IMG/VR virus record: IMGVR_UViG_3300050188_000002
Strand: one strand, 5' to 3'
Length of the DNA: 43,681 nucleotides
Source of the DNA: an uncultured virus (IMG/VR IMGVR_UViG_3300050188_000002)
Lineage: Duplodnaviria > Heunggongvirae > Uroviricota > Caudoviricetes
The notes beneath the pieces are model-generated. The model did not search any database. It was not told where the DNA came from and was given only the letters and a program-made list of their open reading frames with translations. How positions within the stretch are numbered: the stretch's first letter is position 1; the number at the start of each line of letters is the position of its first letter. A program made the translations under genes and the position numbers. Below are positions 17,908 through 26,524 of this stretch, piece by piece.

Positions 17908-18651
17908 ATGTCTTACTCATTAATTACTCGGGATGTAAAACCCCGAGTCCTTAGGCAAGTATTAAATACACCTATTAGACCTAAGGTATCACTTGGGTTT
18001 CCATTTCTTGGCGATGACATCAGGTGTCAAAAAGAACTTGGTGTATTCTCGGATATTGAGAAATACATAATGTTCGAAAGAAATAATGAACAATCATTAA
18101 TTTCAGAACAAGTTGTGAAAGCCGAATTGCCAAATGTCGAGGTCCATAAAAAATGTGGTAAGCTGGCTCATAATTTTGAGCTGATAAAGTTTACAAGGAA
18201 ACACGGGAAAATTGATACCGCATTTTTTGACTTCTGTGGATTTCCATCTCTGGAGTTGATGACTTGGATTAAGGACTGTGTTATTGGAAATGTATTTTCA
18301 GATAAGTGTTATTTGGTTTTCACCCACTTGATTAAAGGTAGAAGTCGAGAAACGCCTAAGTTATATAAACTACCAGTAGACATGAAGATATGTCGTAGAA
18401 AAGATAAAAGAGGTAGAAACCAAATATTGACAGCAACCACTAAAGTTGATATTGTTACTTCCACTGATCACATTGATGATATAAACGATGTTGATTCGGA
18501 AGTAACTCAAAGAATTCAAAAAATACTTTATTACCTGAATAACATCACAGCCCAAGGGTATGATAAAGTTGTTCAAAACCATAGCACAGTGTATAAGGAA
18601 AAAAGATCTAATAGTATTATGCACGTATGTGCCTTTACTTGTTCTAAATAA
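17908..18651 (+). CDS. hypothetical protein, possibly a Rossmann methyltransferase-like fold
   Basis: AAGGA RBS; YIMFERN and IDTAFFDFCG strands; AT-rich. Confidence 0.6.
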   Translation: MSYSLITRDVKPRVLRQVLNTPIRPKVSLGFPFLGDDIRCQKELGVFSDIEKYIMFERNNEQSLISEQVVKAELPNVEVHKKCGKLAHNFELIKFTRKHGKIDTAFFDFCGFPSLELMTWIKDCVIGNVFSDKCYLVFTHLIKGRSRETPKLYKLPVDMKICRRKDKRGRNQILTATTKVDIVTSTDHIDDINDVDSEVTQRIQKILYYLNNITAQGYDKVVQNHSTVYKEKRSNSIMHVCAFTCSK

Positions 18652-18718
18652 TCAGACACCGTTGTCTGATATTTTCAAAGAGGAGGAGTCCTCATAACCC
18701 TTTCAAAGGAAAATACTC

Positions 18719-18961
18719 ATGCCTACTCGTACCACGACCACGACCTCTCCGTTCAAGACCCTCAAGACCCGCCCGACCGGCCTCAATGCCGCTCAGTGGG
18801 CTTGGGATATTCGGAATGCCAAGTCCATTCTGAATACCAGCACCAAGACCTCCATCCGTCAGAAACGGGCTGCGATGATCGCCGCTCGTCAGACCTGTAC
18901 TCCCCAACAGTGGGCGTGGCATCCCTTGAATGCTACCGGCATCCGCACCACCCGCGCCTGA
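18719..18961 (+). CDS. small basic Thr-rich protein with two QWAW motifs
   Basis: AAAGGA RBS, strong C-ending codon bias, followed by its own terminator. Confidence 0.75.
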   Translation: MPTRTTTTTSPFKTLKTRPTGLNAAQWAWDIRNAKSILNTSTKTSIRQKRAAMIAARQTCTPQQWAWHPLNATGIRTTRA

Positions 18962-18971
18962 GTCGGGTCTC

Positions 18972-19005
18972 ACAACACCATAGAGAAATCTGTGGTGTTG
19001 TTTTT
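18972..19005 (+). terminator. intrinsic terminator
   Basis: ACAACACCATAGA-GAAA-TCTGTGGTGTTG followed by TTTTT. Confidence 0.8.
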
Positions 19006-19038
19006 GTGTTAGCCCCCTTCTTACCTCTAAGGAGTTAT

Positions 19039-19368
19039 ATGTCTGTCCCCCCTCCCACTGACACCAGTGAGAAACTTCCTACTATGTTTAGTTACACCAT
19101 TGTTGAAGACTTCATCGAAGACTACAACGGTAAGTGCAACCAAGCTACAACCAGGAACTATCTTACCGGGACCATTCGAGACATTCGAGTCTTGTACAAT
19201 TGTATGACGAAAGTCGTAACCTTGTTTCATGAATCTCTTCCTTATAGCATTCCAAAGACTCGTAAGTGCTTTACTATGGAGCACTTGAAGGAAGACGTTG
19301 ATCTAATCATCAATGCTCTGGATAATAATCTGGAGTTGTATTATGACTATTCTCCACCTCCTAAATAA
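19039..19368 (+). CDS. hypothetical protein
   Basis: Start reset to the ATG behind AAGGAG (MSVPPPTD...). Confidence 0.7.
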   Translation: MSVPPPTDTSEKLPTMFSYTIVEDFIEDYNGKCNQATTRNYLTGTIRDIRVLYNCMTKVVTLFHESLPYSIPKTRKCFTMEHLKEDVDLIINALDNNLELYYDYSPPPK

Positions 19369-19376
19369 GGAACTAT

Positions 19377-19649
19377 ATGGGAAAGCGACCTTGGAAAACA
19401 ATTGTAGCAAGACTCAAGCGTATAGGTAAAGCAATCACAGCAGACGTGAACGCTGTGTTATATGTTGACACTGAAAGTAATGAGGTACTCATTGTGAAAG
19501 AAGTCAACTACTCGGATGACAAGTTGAGTGTTGAAGTCATCTTCTCTGACGGAGCATCTATCGAGTATGACTCCGAACAAGATAAGGATGACATGGAAGA
19601 TGAACTCGATAAATATCGCCTGTTTGAAGATTCGTATACTTCGTTCTAA
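19377..19649 (+). CDS. hypothetical protein with a basic N-terminus and acidic C-terminus
   Basis: AAGGA RBS, 90 aa. Confidence 0.7.
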   Translation: MGKRPWKTIVARLKRIGKAITADVNAVLYVDTESNEVLIVKEVNYSDDKLSVEVIFSDGASIEYDSEQDKDDMEDELDKYRLFEDSYTSF

Positions 19650-19685
19650 CCTTTTGCAACTTCTTTTATAGAAAGAGAGCCTTTT

Positions 19686-20150
19686 ATGGATATCAAAAAA
19701 ACCGCCGCCCTTCTGACCACCACCCTCTATGCCACCGGTGCTGACTTCAAGTTCAATGAATCGGACTTCAAGTCCAACGTTGAAAACAACATCAAGTCGG
19801 CGAACAATGAAACCACTGTTACTGTGATTGCCAAGGTGGCCGAATGGCCAGGTGAAAACCTCGGTGAATGTTGGGTTGAGGAAATGGATGCCGCTATCGG
19901 TAAGACCTTCAAGGTCACTGAGACCAAGACCGATGGTACCAATACTGTCTACGTCCTCAATGACGATGACATGAGCCAGTACTACTTCCCTGCTGCTGCT
20001 GTCCGTGTGAACCCGGTCATCTCGGATTACACGAAGATTGTGAACGCAATTTTCAAGGAAACTTATCGCACTGGTATCGCAACCGAGTTCGACCGCACGG
20101 ACTTCGAAGCCATCATGCGTGAATCCATCGAAACCGCTATGGCCGCTTGA
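19686..20150 (+). CDS. hypothetical protein with a putative SH3-like module
   Basis: WVEEMDAAIGKTFKV...YYFP pattern; strong codon bias; immediately upstream of the GATase. Confidence 0.75.
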   Translation: MDIKKTAALLTTTLYATGADFKFNESDFKSNVENNIKSANNETTVTVIAKVAEWPGENLGECWVEEMDAAIGKTFKVTETKTDGTNTVYVLNDDDMSQYYFPAAAVRVNPVISDYTKIVNAIFKETYRTGIATEFDRTDFEAIMRESIETAMAA

Positions 20151-20213
20151 ATTAGTTTCTAACATTCCCCTCGCCTGTTTCTCTTCCCCCTTAAAGAAAG
20201 GTTGGATAATCCA

Positions 20214-21281
20214 ATTTGCATTTTGCTTGTACACAGCCGCCCACTCAACGTTGAACATCAGACCAAAGCCAACACCTCCAACCCAGATGGTTGTGGGGTG
20301 GCCATGTCGTTTGACAATGGTATCTTGGTCACCAAGAACTACAAGGGTGCTACGGAATCTCACTTGGTTGGTGATTTGAGCGGTCTTTGTCGTATGGCCA
20401 TGACTCATTATCGCGTTGGTACCCACGGTGGCCGTACGCCAGCTCACATGCTGAGCAATGTTCACCCGTTCTTCCTGACTGACTGCGAAGGTCAACAGTT
20501 GATGATCGTCGGTGCTCACAACGGCATCTTCTCTGACTTTGGTGTTGACTCGATCAAGTCTGATACTGTCATGTTCTTCGAACAGATTAGTTCGATTATC
20601 CCTGCCGTCAAGGGTGATCTCAGGGCTCGTACGCTGGCCGCCCAGCGATTCCTTGAACATATCTTCAGCCCGACATCGCCTGAAGAGCCGTTCAAGACCA
20701 AGGAAGGCAACATTGCTGCTTACGTCAAGTCTTCTTATTCTAAGGTTGGTTTGCTTGGTATTGGGGGCTGGCACCTTATCGTCAACGCCGATGCTGGTTA
20801 CAAGGAGGAAGACGATAAGGGCTTCGTGTGGCGCTCCAACAATTCCTGTATGCCTTATGGAGCCATCGATGTTGGCGGGAGGTCGGTTCCTGCAACGACT
20901 AACTACTCCTCGGGGCACCGCTCTGGTCTCTATTCCAACGATGACTATGAGTATGAAGGATATGGCAACAACTATGGCACTGGGGCTGGTTCTGCTGCCT
21001 CTTCTACCGCTGCTTCTTCTACCAAGAGTGGCGCGACTGGTACGGGAAGCAATACTGCCGCCAGCACCGCCACCGGAAACTCGTCGGTCTACTCCGCCAC
21101 AGTCCATCCGGACGGCCGCGTGGATGTAATCTCTGGGACTCGTCCTACGATGAAGGCTCGTAAGCGTGTGGACGCCACTGCGTCGCCAGTGTCTGATTCC
21201 TCGCCTGCGACCGATACGACTGAAACCAAGCCGTCTGAAGACAGCCAAACAGCCAAGGACCATGCTCTGGCCCTTGCCTAA
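20214..21281 (+). CDS. class II (Ntn) glutamine amidotransferase-like protein with a low-complexity tail
   Basis: CILL, NPDGCG, HYRVGTHG, NVHPF, AHNGI, SDT motifs; Ser/Thr/Ala/Gly-rich C-terminus; probable ATT start just before the Cys. Confidence 0.85.
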   Translation: MCILLVHSRPLNVEHQTKANTSNPDGCGVAMSFDNGILVTKNYKGATESHLVGDLSGLCRMAMTHYRVGTHGGRTPAHMLSNVHPFFLTDCEGQQLMIVGAHNGIFSDFGVDSIKSDTVMFFEQISSIIPAVKGDLRARTLAAQRFLEHIFSPTSPEEPFKTKEGNIAAYVKSSYSKVGLLGIGGWHLIVNADAGYKEEDDKGFVWRSNNSCMPYGAIDVGGRSVPATTNYSSGHRSGLYSNDDYEYEGYGNNYGTGAGSAASSTAASSTKSGATGTGSNTAASTATGNSSVYSATVHPDGRVDVISGTRPTMKARKRVDATASPVSDSSPATDTTETKPSEDSQTAKDHALALA

Positions 21282-21293
21282 ACAAAGGGAACT

Positions 21294-21785
21294 ATGTCAA
21301 CGTTTACAGTAACCCATCCATCTAAGACGATTATCTTAGATGATTTTTCAAATGCACAGTCGGAAGTATCTTTCTTATGTCTACCTTCAACAAGCGTTAC
21401 AGCAGTTGAAGTAGATAATGATATGGACCCGATTTGGGAGATAGCTAAGTCCAAGTTCTTACCAATTGATGTTAAAGACTTCTTGTTTGTGGATAAGTTG
21501 TCTCAGATTGAGAAGGCAAGGGTTCTATTTCTTATGCAGCATTGTAAGATGAGTATTAACGAGGCTGTAGATGTGTTTGGAATGGTGCTCCTTTACCAAG
21601 GAGCATTGTTACCTGCGGCTACAATGCGATTCAACAATACCTTTATTGATCGCATTCCGAATTCTATTAAACCATATATTGCGTATGATAAGTACGCATC
21701 TGATATGAAGAATTCAAAAACGTTGATAGAGTTTCACTACCAGAGCATTGTATACACGTGTATGAATGCTAGAAAATTTTTGTAA
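21294..21785 (+). CDS. ArdA-like antirestriction-family protein, divergent
   Basis: EKA..FL...LYQG.L..AA...F.....IP..I..YIAYDKYASDM....EF......YTC.NA resembles the ArdA C-terminal YIDYE.FARD pattern. Confidence 0.6.
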   Translation: MSTFTVTHPSKTIILDDFSNAQSEVSFLCLPSTSVTAVEVDNDMDPIWEIAKSKFLPIDVKDFLFVDKLSQIEKARVLFLMQHCKMSINEAVDVFGMVLLYQGALLPAATMRFNNTFIDRIPNSIKPYIAYDKYASDMKNSKTLIEFHYQSIVYTCMNARKFL

Positions 21786-21809
21786 CCCACTTCCTTAAGG
21801 AGGACCTAT

Positions 21810-23768
21810 ATGCCTATCATGATGATTGATTCTGCCAAGATGTTCAAGCCTGCTCCTCGTGAGTACGTTCGATTCCTAACCGAAGACGAACTGATTGAGA
21901 TGGGAGCCAGACCGAACGAAGACGGCCTGTACAACTTCAAGCCGCTTGCTAACGCTTACCCTTTCACGCACGAGATGAAACACTTGTTTGGTTGCAAGGC
22001 TCGTGTGAACGAGATCGCTTCAGCGGAAGACGGTTCTGCAAATGTTTCTTTGTCCGAGGTCGAAACCGGAAGTTCGAGTCGGTTTGGCTTCTCCGCGTGG
22101 ATGCTTCGTAAGTATCACGATGTGTCTGATGGTACCTTCAGCCGTATTCTGAGCGAATACAAGTCCAGCCATGATACCACCAAAGATATCATCAGCAGGG
22201 TTGAACAGAACCCTACAAAGAAGGATCAGATGGCCAATGCCCTGCGTCAGGCTAAGCAGGTTGAAAACTCTTACATCACGGAAGTCTATCGTGCGTATGT
22301 GGCTGGCAATGTTACGGTCGAGAACTTTAACAAGTTCTTGGAGATGTCGTGCGAGAACCAAGCCGAGATGGATGTCGAAGCCGCCGTTGTGAACGCCAAG
22401 CGCACCGCCATTGAAGCAGCGAAGGCTCGGCGTATCGCACGTGAAGCGGCCTGTAGCGATGCCGCTGTTGCTATCGTGCAACGGTTCCGCAACTCGCAGG
22501 CCGAAGGTTCTCCAGCTTTGTTTGACCGCGAAGGTCGAGTGGAAACCTTGTACGCCCAGTTTGGGATTGATCTCCACCGCGATGACATGATCGAAGCCAT
22601 CAAGTCTAAGGTCCTGTCGTGCTTCGACTTCAGCGCTCGTTTCCCCGGCATTCCTCGTACACAGTATGAGGCAAAGCGCCTTGAGAATGCGATTCTGATG
22701 GCGACGGAGCAGTTGGAGTTCGATGAACGCGTCACTGTGTACTTGTCTTCGACCGTGCGCCACACGCTCTCGAAATTTGTGTACAACTTCGTGTCTGCCA
22801 ACTTCACCCATATGAACCATCCGACTGATGGTCGGGCTGGGCGAATCATCGCTCTGCGTCGGTCGGTGTGTAGCATCGATGGTGGCACCACCTTCAACGA
22901 TCTGGTTCACGAGTGTACTACCTGCGGCACTCGCCATGGGCGCGGTCCTGGTCAGATTTGCCGTGCATGTCAGGAACAGGCTGATCGTAACATCTTCCAT
23001 CGTTATCACTCTACTCCTCGCAACTATCCGTCTTCGCGGGTTGGTACGGTGTTGTTTGGTATCGAAAACGAGTTGCACTGTCCGACGGCACGTGATAACC
23101 ACGAGGCTTTCCGTATCATCCGTGATTCGGAAGGTATGGCAATTGGTGAGTTGGACGGTTCCCTTGGACGCTATGATGGCGAGGTGATTCTGAACCCTCT
23201 GCCGTATTCCAACAAGAATACTAAGAAGGTGACTGACTTCTTTGCTAAGTTGGGTACCAAGATGCGGGTTCCTCACATGGATGAGTCTACGGTGTCGTAT
23301 GGTTTGCACATCAACGTGTCCGGCTTTGCTACTTCGGTGGCCGAGCGGGCGCAGAGATTCCTCTATGCGAACAAGGCGGAAGTTGAACGCTTGGCTGGTC
23401 GTACTGAGAACTCCTATTGCTATTACAATAGGTTTGATTCCGGAGACAAGTATCGGGCCATTAACATCCGTGGTAATGGTGTGGCTGAGTTCCGTATCTT
23501 CCGGGCTACGACGAACCACACCGAGTTGATGTATCGGTTGCAGTTTGCGATGACGGTTTTGAAGTTCTGCTCTGTCACTCCGACAAGCAGTGAGAACTTT
23601 ACTTGGGAGAAGTACAAGCAGTATGTGAAGGCCCAGCGTCGTTCTAACGAACTGCGTCTGTACTTCTTTCCGACCCTGAAGGAAGACTTGAAGAAGAAGC
23701 GCGCCGAAGGTCGTATAAAGCGTGATGCTATCAAGAAAACTGAAGGGATGGCGTTGGAAGCCGCGTGA
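21810..23768 (+). CDS. amidoligase (COOH-NH2 ligase type 2) fused to SH3-like, helical and Zn-finger regions
   Basis: CTTC..CRAC, YHSTP, FGIENE, DGSL, E..P, GLHINVS, AGR, KYRAIN, EFRIFRAT. Confidence 0.85.
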   Translation: MPIMMIDSAKMFKPAPREYVRFLTEDELIEMGARPNEDGLYNFKPLANAYPFTHEMKHLFGCKARVNEIASAEDGSANVSLSEVETGSSSRFGFSAWMLRKYHDVSDGTFSRILSEYKSSHDTTKDIISRVEQNPTKKDQMANALRQAKQVENSYITEVYRAYVAGNVTVENFNKFLEMSCENQAEMDVEAAVVNAKRTAIEAAKARRIAREAACSDAAVAIVQRFRNSQAEGSPALFDREGRVETLYAQFGIDLHRDDMIEAIKSKVLSCFDFSARFPGIPRTQYEAKRLENAILMATEQLEFDERVTVYLSSTVRHTLSKFVYNFVSANFTHMNHPTDGRAGRIIALRRSVCSIDGGTTFNDLVHECTTCGTRHGRGPGQICRACQEQADRNIFHRYHSTPRNYPSSRVGTVLFGIENELHCPTARDNHEAFRIIRDSEGMAIGELDGSLGRYDGEVILNPLPYSNKNTKKVTDFFAKLGTKMRVPHMDESTVSYGLHINVSGFATSVAERAQRFLYANKAEVERLAGRTENSYCYYNRFDSGDKYRAINIRGNGVAEFRIFRATTNHTELMYRLQFAMTVLKFCSVTPTSSENFTWEKYKQYVKAQRRSNELRLYFFPTLKEDLKKKRAEGRIKRDAIKKTEGMALEAA

Positions 23769-23780
23769 GTTTCACTATTC

Positions 23781-23808
23781 TGGTACTGTCGTGAGACGGT
23801 ATCATTTT
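23781..23808 (+). terminator. intrinsic terminator
   Basis: TGGTACTGTC-GTGA-GACGGTATCA followed by TTTT. Confidence 0.65.
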
Positions 23809-23826
23809 CTCTTTGAAAGGACTAAA

Positions 23827-24219
23827 ATGGAAAAGGTTATCAATGATGCCTCTCAACATGCAAAGATTGCCCGCAAATATGCGGAATGTACGGCTGCTAT
23901 CCGTGATCTGGCTAAGCCTCGTGGTGCGATGGCAGAGCGACTTGCAACTGACGCTTACATCAAGTCGTTTGATTATGTCAAACAGGCTGATATGGCAGCA
24001 GCCAAGTTTTCGAATGCCACAACCAAGGCCCAGCAGGATGAACTAACCGTTCAATCTCACAACTGGGCCTTGGCTACCCACCGACTCTTGAATCGTGTTA
24101 TCGGTCACATCGTTGGGAATTACGATGCCAGAAAGCGCGAAGAGTATGTCTCAGAACAGGATGAGTTGTGGAATGATCATGAAACCCAGCCTATCAAGGC
24201 TGAGGCGATCATGGCCTGA
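23827..24219 (+). CDS. hypothetical helical protein
   Basis: GAAAGGA RBS before ATG 23827. Confidence 0.7.
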   Translation: MEKVINDASQHAKIARKYAECTAAIRDLAKPRGAMAERLATDAYIKSFDYVKQADMAAAKFSNATTKAQQDELTVQSHNWALATHRLLNRVIGHIVGNYDARKREEYVSEQDELWNDHETQPIKAEAIMA

Positions 24220-24264
24220 TACAACCTTCCTATTACCCCTCCTCTTCTTTTAAAGGATTCCCTT

Positions 24265-25008
24265 ATGCCTAATGAACAAGTTGAAACCCCTGCTCCTGTC
24301 GCTCCCCAGATCAAAACCATACGCACGAAGCCCAAAGTGTACAAGCCTTGGACAGACGCCAAACTTGGTAAAGTGATGGTAGGTATTGAAAATGAACTGA
24401 TGGTGGATACCACGCAACAACAGAACGAAGTCATTGCCAAGGCCAAATGTACTGACTTCGTCCGCGTTGGGTATGACTGTTCTCTCCGCGGTACTGATGT
24501 CGAGTGTCGTACTGCTGCCCGTCCGTTTACCAAGCGGACTCTGAACATAGTGTCTAACTACTTCGATTCCAACAAGGCCGTTGTGAAACAGCCTCCTCAG
24601 TTCCCAGCCAATAACGATCGTCATTACGGCCTGCACGTCAATGTGTCTGGTTTTGAAGACAAGACTTATCTGCGGGCTCAAAAGTTCTGTGTTGATAACA
24701 AGGACAATGTCAAGGAATTGGCTGGTCGTCGGTCAGACCGGTGGTGTCCATACGTGGTGTCTGGTATGCGGAACAAGAGCTGCTGTGTCAACGTTCGTGG
24801 TAATGGTGTGGCTGAGTTCCGTATCTTCTGTGCCACTACGGACAAGGTCATGCTCAAGTACCGAGTTCAGTTCAGTGTGGCTCTGTGTGCCATGTGCGTT
24901 CTCTGTGAAGATCAGCGCGCTGAACCTACATGGGACATCTTGAAGGAGTTCGTTGCTGCGAAGTCCAACAAGTATCCTGAGTTGCATACTTACATGCAGT
25001 CGATTTAA
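24265..25008 (+). CDS. amidoligase paralog 2, stand-alone domain
   Basis: VGIENEL, DCSL, GLHVNVSG, LAGR, CCVNVRGNGVAEFRIFCATT. Confidence 0.82.
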   Translation: MPNEQVETPAPVAPQIKTIRTKPKVYKPWTDAKLGKVMVGIENELMVDTTQQQNEVIAKAKCTDFVRVGYDCSLRGTDVECRTAARPFTKRTLNIVSNYFDSNKAVVKQPPQFPANNDRHYGLHVNVSGFEDKTYLRAQKFCVDNKDNVKELAGRRSDRWCPYVVSGMRNKSCCVNVRGNGVAEFRIFCATTDKVMLKYRVQFSVALCAMCVLCEDQRAEPTWDILKEFVAAKSNKYPELHTYMQSI

Positions 25009-25033
25009 CCTCCTATTTTAAAGGATTACAATT

Positions 25034-25714
25034 ATGCCGGTTCAATGTTACAAACCAAGTAAACTTGGGGATGTGATGGTTGGTATTGAGAATGAGTTGC
25101 GTGTTGGTAGTTTAGCTACTAGACGTAAGCTGTCTGAGACTGCCAGTAAGACTTCTTATGTCAGAGCCGGCTCTGATTGTTCTCTAAACCATAATGATAT
25201 TGAATTCAGAACCGAGCCCAGACCTTACAACAGGCGCAACATGGGAGTGTTTGCCAACTTCTTTGACAGACATAAAGAAAGAGCTATACAGGCACCTGAT
25301 ACGTGTCGTGATACGTGTCGTGGTACTTGGAATGGGGTTTCTTATGGGATGCATGTCAATGTCTCCTGGTTCAGAGATACTACGTATGACAGAGTTCAAG
25401 CGTTTGTTGTTAACAATAGACGAGTTATTGAACAATTGGCCGGTCGAGATAGCGTATATTATTGTCGCTATGAAATCCTCGGTAGAATACATAAGTACTG
25501 TTGCGTCCATATCCGTAGCAATGGAGTCTGTGAGTTCCGCATATTCAAAGCCACCACTGACAAGGTTGCGATGAAGATGAGAATCCAGTTTTGTGTTGCG
25601 GTGTGTAAGTTCTGCGACGAAGCCGATTTGGTATATAGTTGGGATAATTTCAAGACGTTCGTCGCTCGGTCTAAAAAGTCTCACCCTGAACTCGCCTCTT
25701 ATCTTGGAGTCTAA
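25034..25714 (+). CDS. amidoligase paralog 3
   Basis: VGIENEL, DCSL, GMHVNVS, LAGR, KYCCVHIRSNGVCEFRIFKATT. Confidence 0.82.
   Translation: MPVQCYKPSKLGDVMVGIENELRVGSLATRRKLSETASKTSYVRAGSDCSLNHNDIEFRTEPRPYNRRNMGVFANFFDRHKERAIQAPDTCRDTCRGTWNGVSYGMHVNVSWFRDTTYDRVQAFVVNNRRVIEQLAGRDSVYYCRYEILGRIHKYCCVHIRSNGVCEFRIFKATTDKVAMKMRIQFCVAVCKFCDEADLVYSWDNFKTFVARSKKSHPELASYLGV
25297..25322 (+). repeat. in-frame 12-nt tandem duplication (DTCR-DTCR)
   Basis: TGATACGTGTCG twice. Confidence 0.85.
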
Positions 25715-25716
25715 AC

Positions 25717-26448
25717 ATGCCCGATGTGTTCTATCCAAAACCCAAACTTGGTAAAGTGATGGTAGGTATCGAAAATGAACTTCATATTAAAGATGAAGAT
25801 GTCAGAACGAAGATGGATAAAATTGTCTCAAGCAAGAAGTACAAGGGACTTATCCAATGGCACGAAGACGGGTCCTTGGACGATGACGATATGGAGTTCA
25901 TCTCCAAGCCTATGACTTTTACCAAGTCCAACTTGAAGAAGGTTAGTTCGTTCTTCAACAAGCAATCTAAATTGGCGTATTGCCCGAGTAGGTCCGATAC
26001 GTCTTATGGTCTACACGTGAATGTGTCTGGATTCATAGATGGAGTGTTCTCCATGGCTCAAAGGTTCTTATGCCAGAACCAAAAGAATGTGGAGAAGTTG
26101 GCCGGTCGCCGGGCCAATGAATACTGTGAGTATGATGAACTGGACGGCGAAAAATATTGCTGTCTCCACATCCGTGGGGATGGCATCGGCGAATTCAGAA
26201 TCTTCCGTGCGACTACCAGACCTGAACGTCTGGCGTATCGCATTCAATTCTGTATCGCCCTGTGTCAGATGTTTAAGGACGGAAAGTATGTGTCTGGTAA
26301 TTGGAAGGACTTCGAGGCTTATGTCAAGAAGTGTAAGACCAAATATCCGGAACTTGCCGTCTTCTTGGACAACAACTTGGAATGGCCCGAGCCTCCGAAG
26401 GAAGTCGCACGTGATGTGCCGGCTCCTAAAGAAGTAGCCAAGGCCTGA
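25717..26448 (+). CDS. amidoligase paralog 4
   Basis: VGIENEL, EDGSL, GLHVNVSG, LAGR, KYCCLHIRGDGIGEFRIFRATT; tail repeats PKEVA. Confidence 0.82.
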   Translation: MPDVFYPKPKLGKVMVGIENELHIKDEDVRTKMDKIVSSKKYKGLIQWHEDGSLDDDDMEFISKPMTFTKSNLKKVSSFFNKQSKLAYCPSRSDTSYGLHVNVSGFIDGVFSMAQRFLCQNQKNVEKLAGRRANEYCEYDELDGEKYCCLHIRGDGIGEFRIFRATTRPERLAYRIQFCIALCQMFKDGKYVSGNWKDFEAYVKKCKTKYPELAVFLDNNLEWPEPPKEVARDVPAPKEVAKA

Positions 26449-26455
26449 CCTACTT

Positions 26456-26490
26456 CGATCCTAATATAGAAATGTATTAGGATCGGTTTC
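26456..26490 (+). terminator. intrinsic terminator closing the amidoligase array
   Basis: CGATCCTAATATA-GAAA-TGTATTAGGATCG followed by GTTTC. Confidence 0.7.
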
Positions 26491-26524
26491 TATCTTCCCA
26501 TTAACCTTTACAAAAGGATATGTT

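Noticed and set aside
19458..23519. Long minus-strand ORFs (601 aa at 19458-21263, 499 aa at 22020-23519) and similar ones at 6918-7922 and 29990-30592
   Set aside because: They lie opposite codon-biased real genes and have no recognisable motifs; they are antisense shadows.
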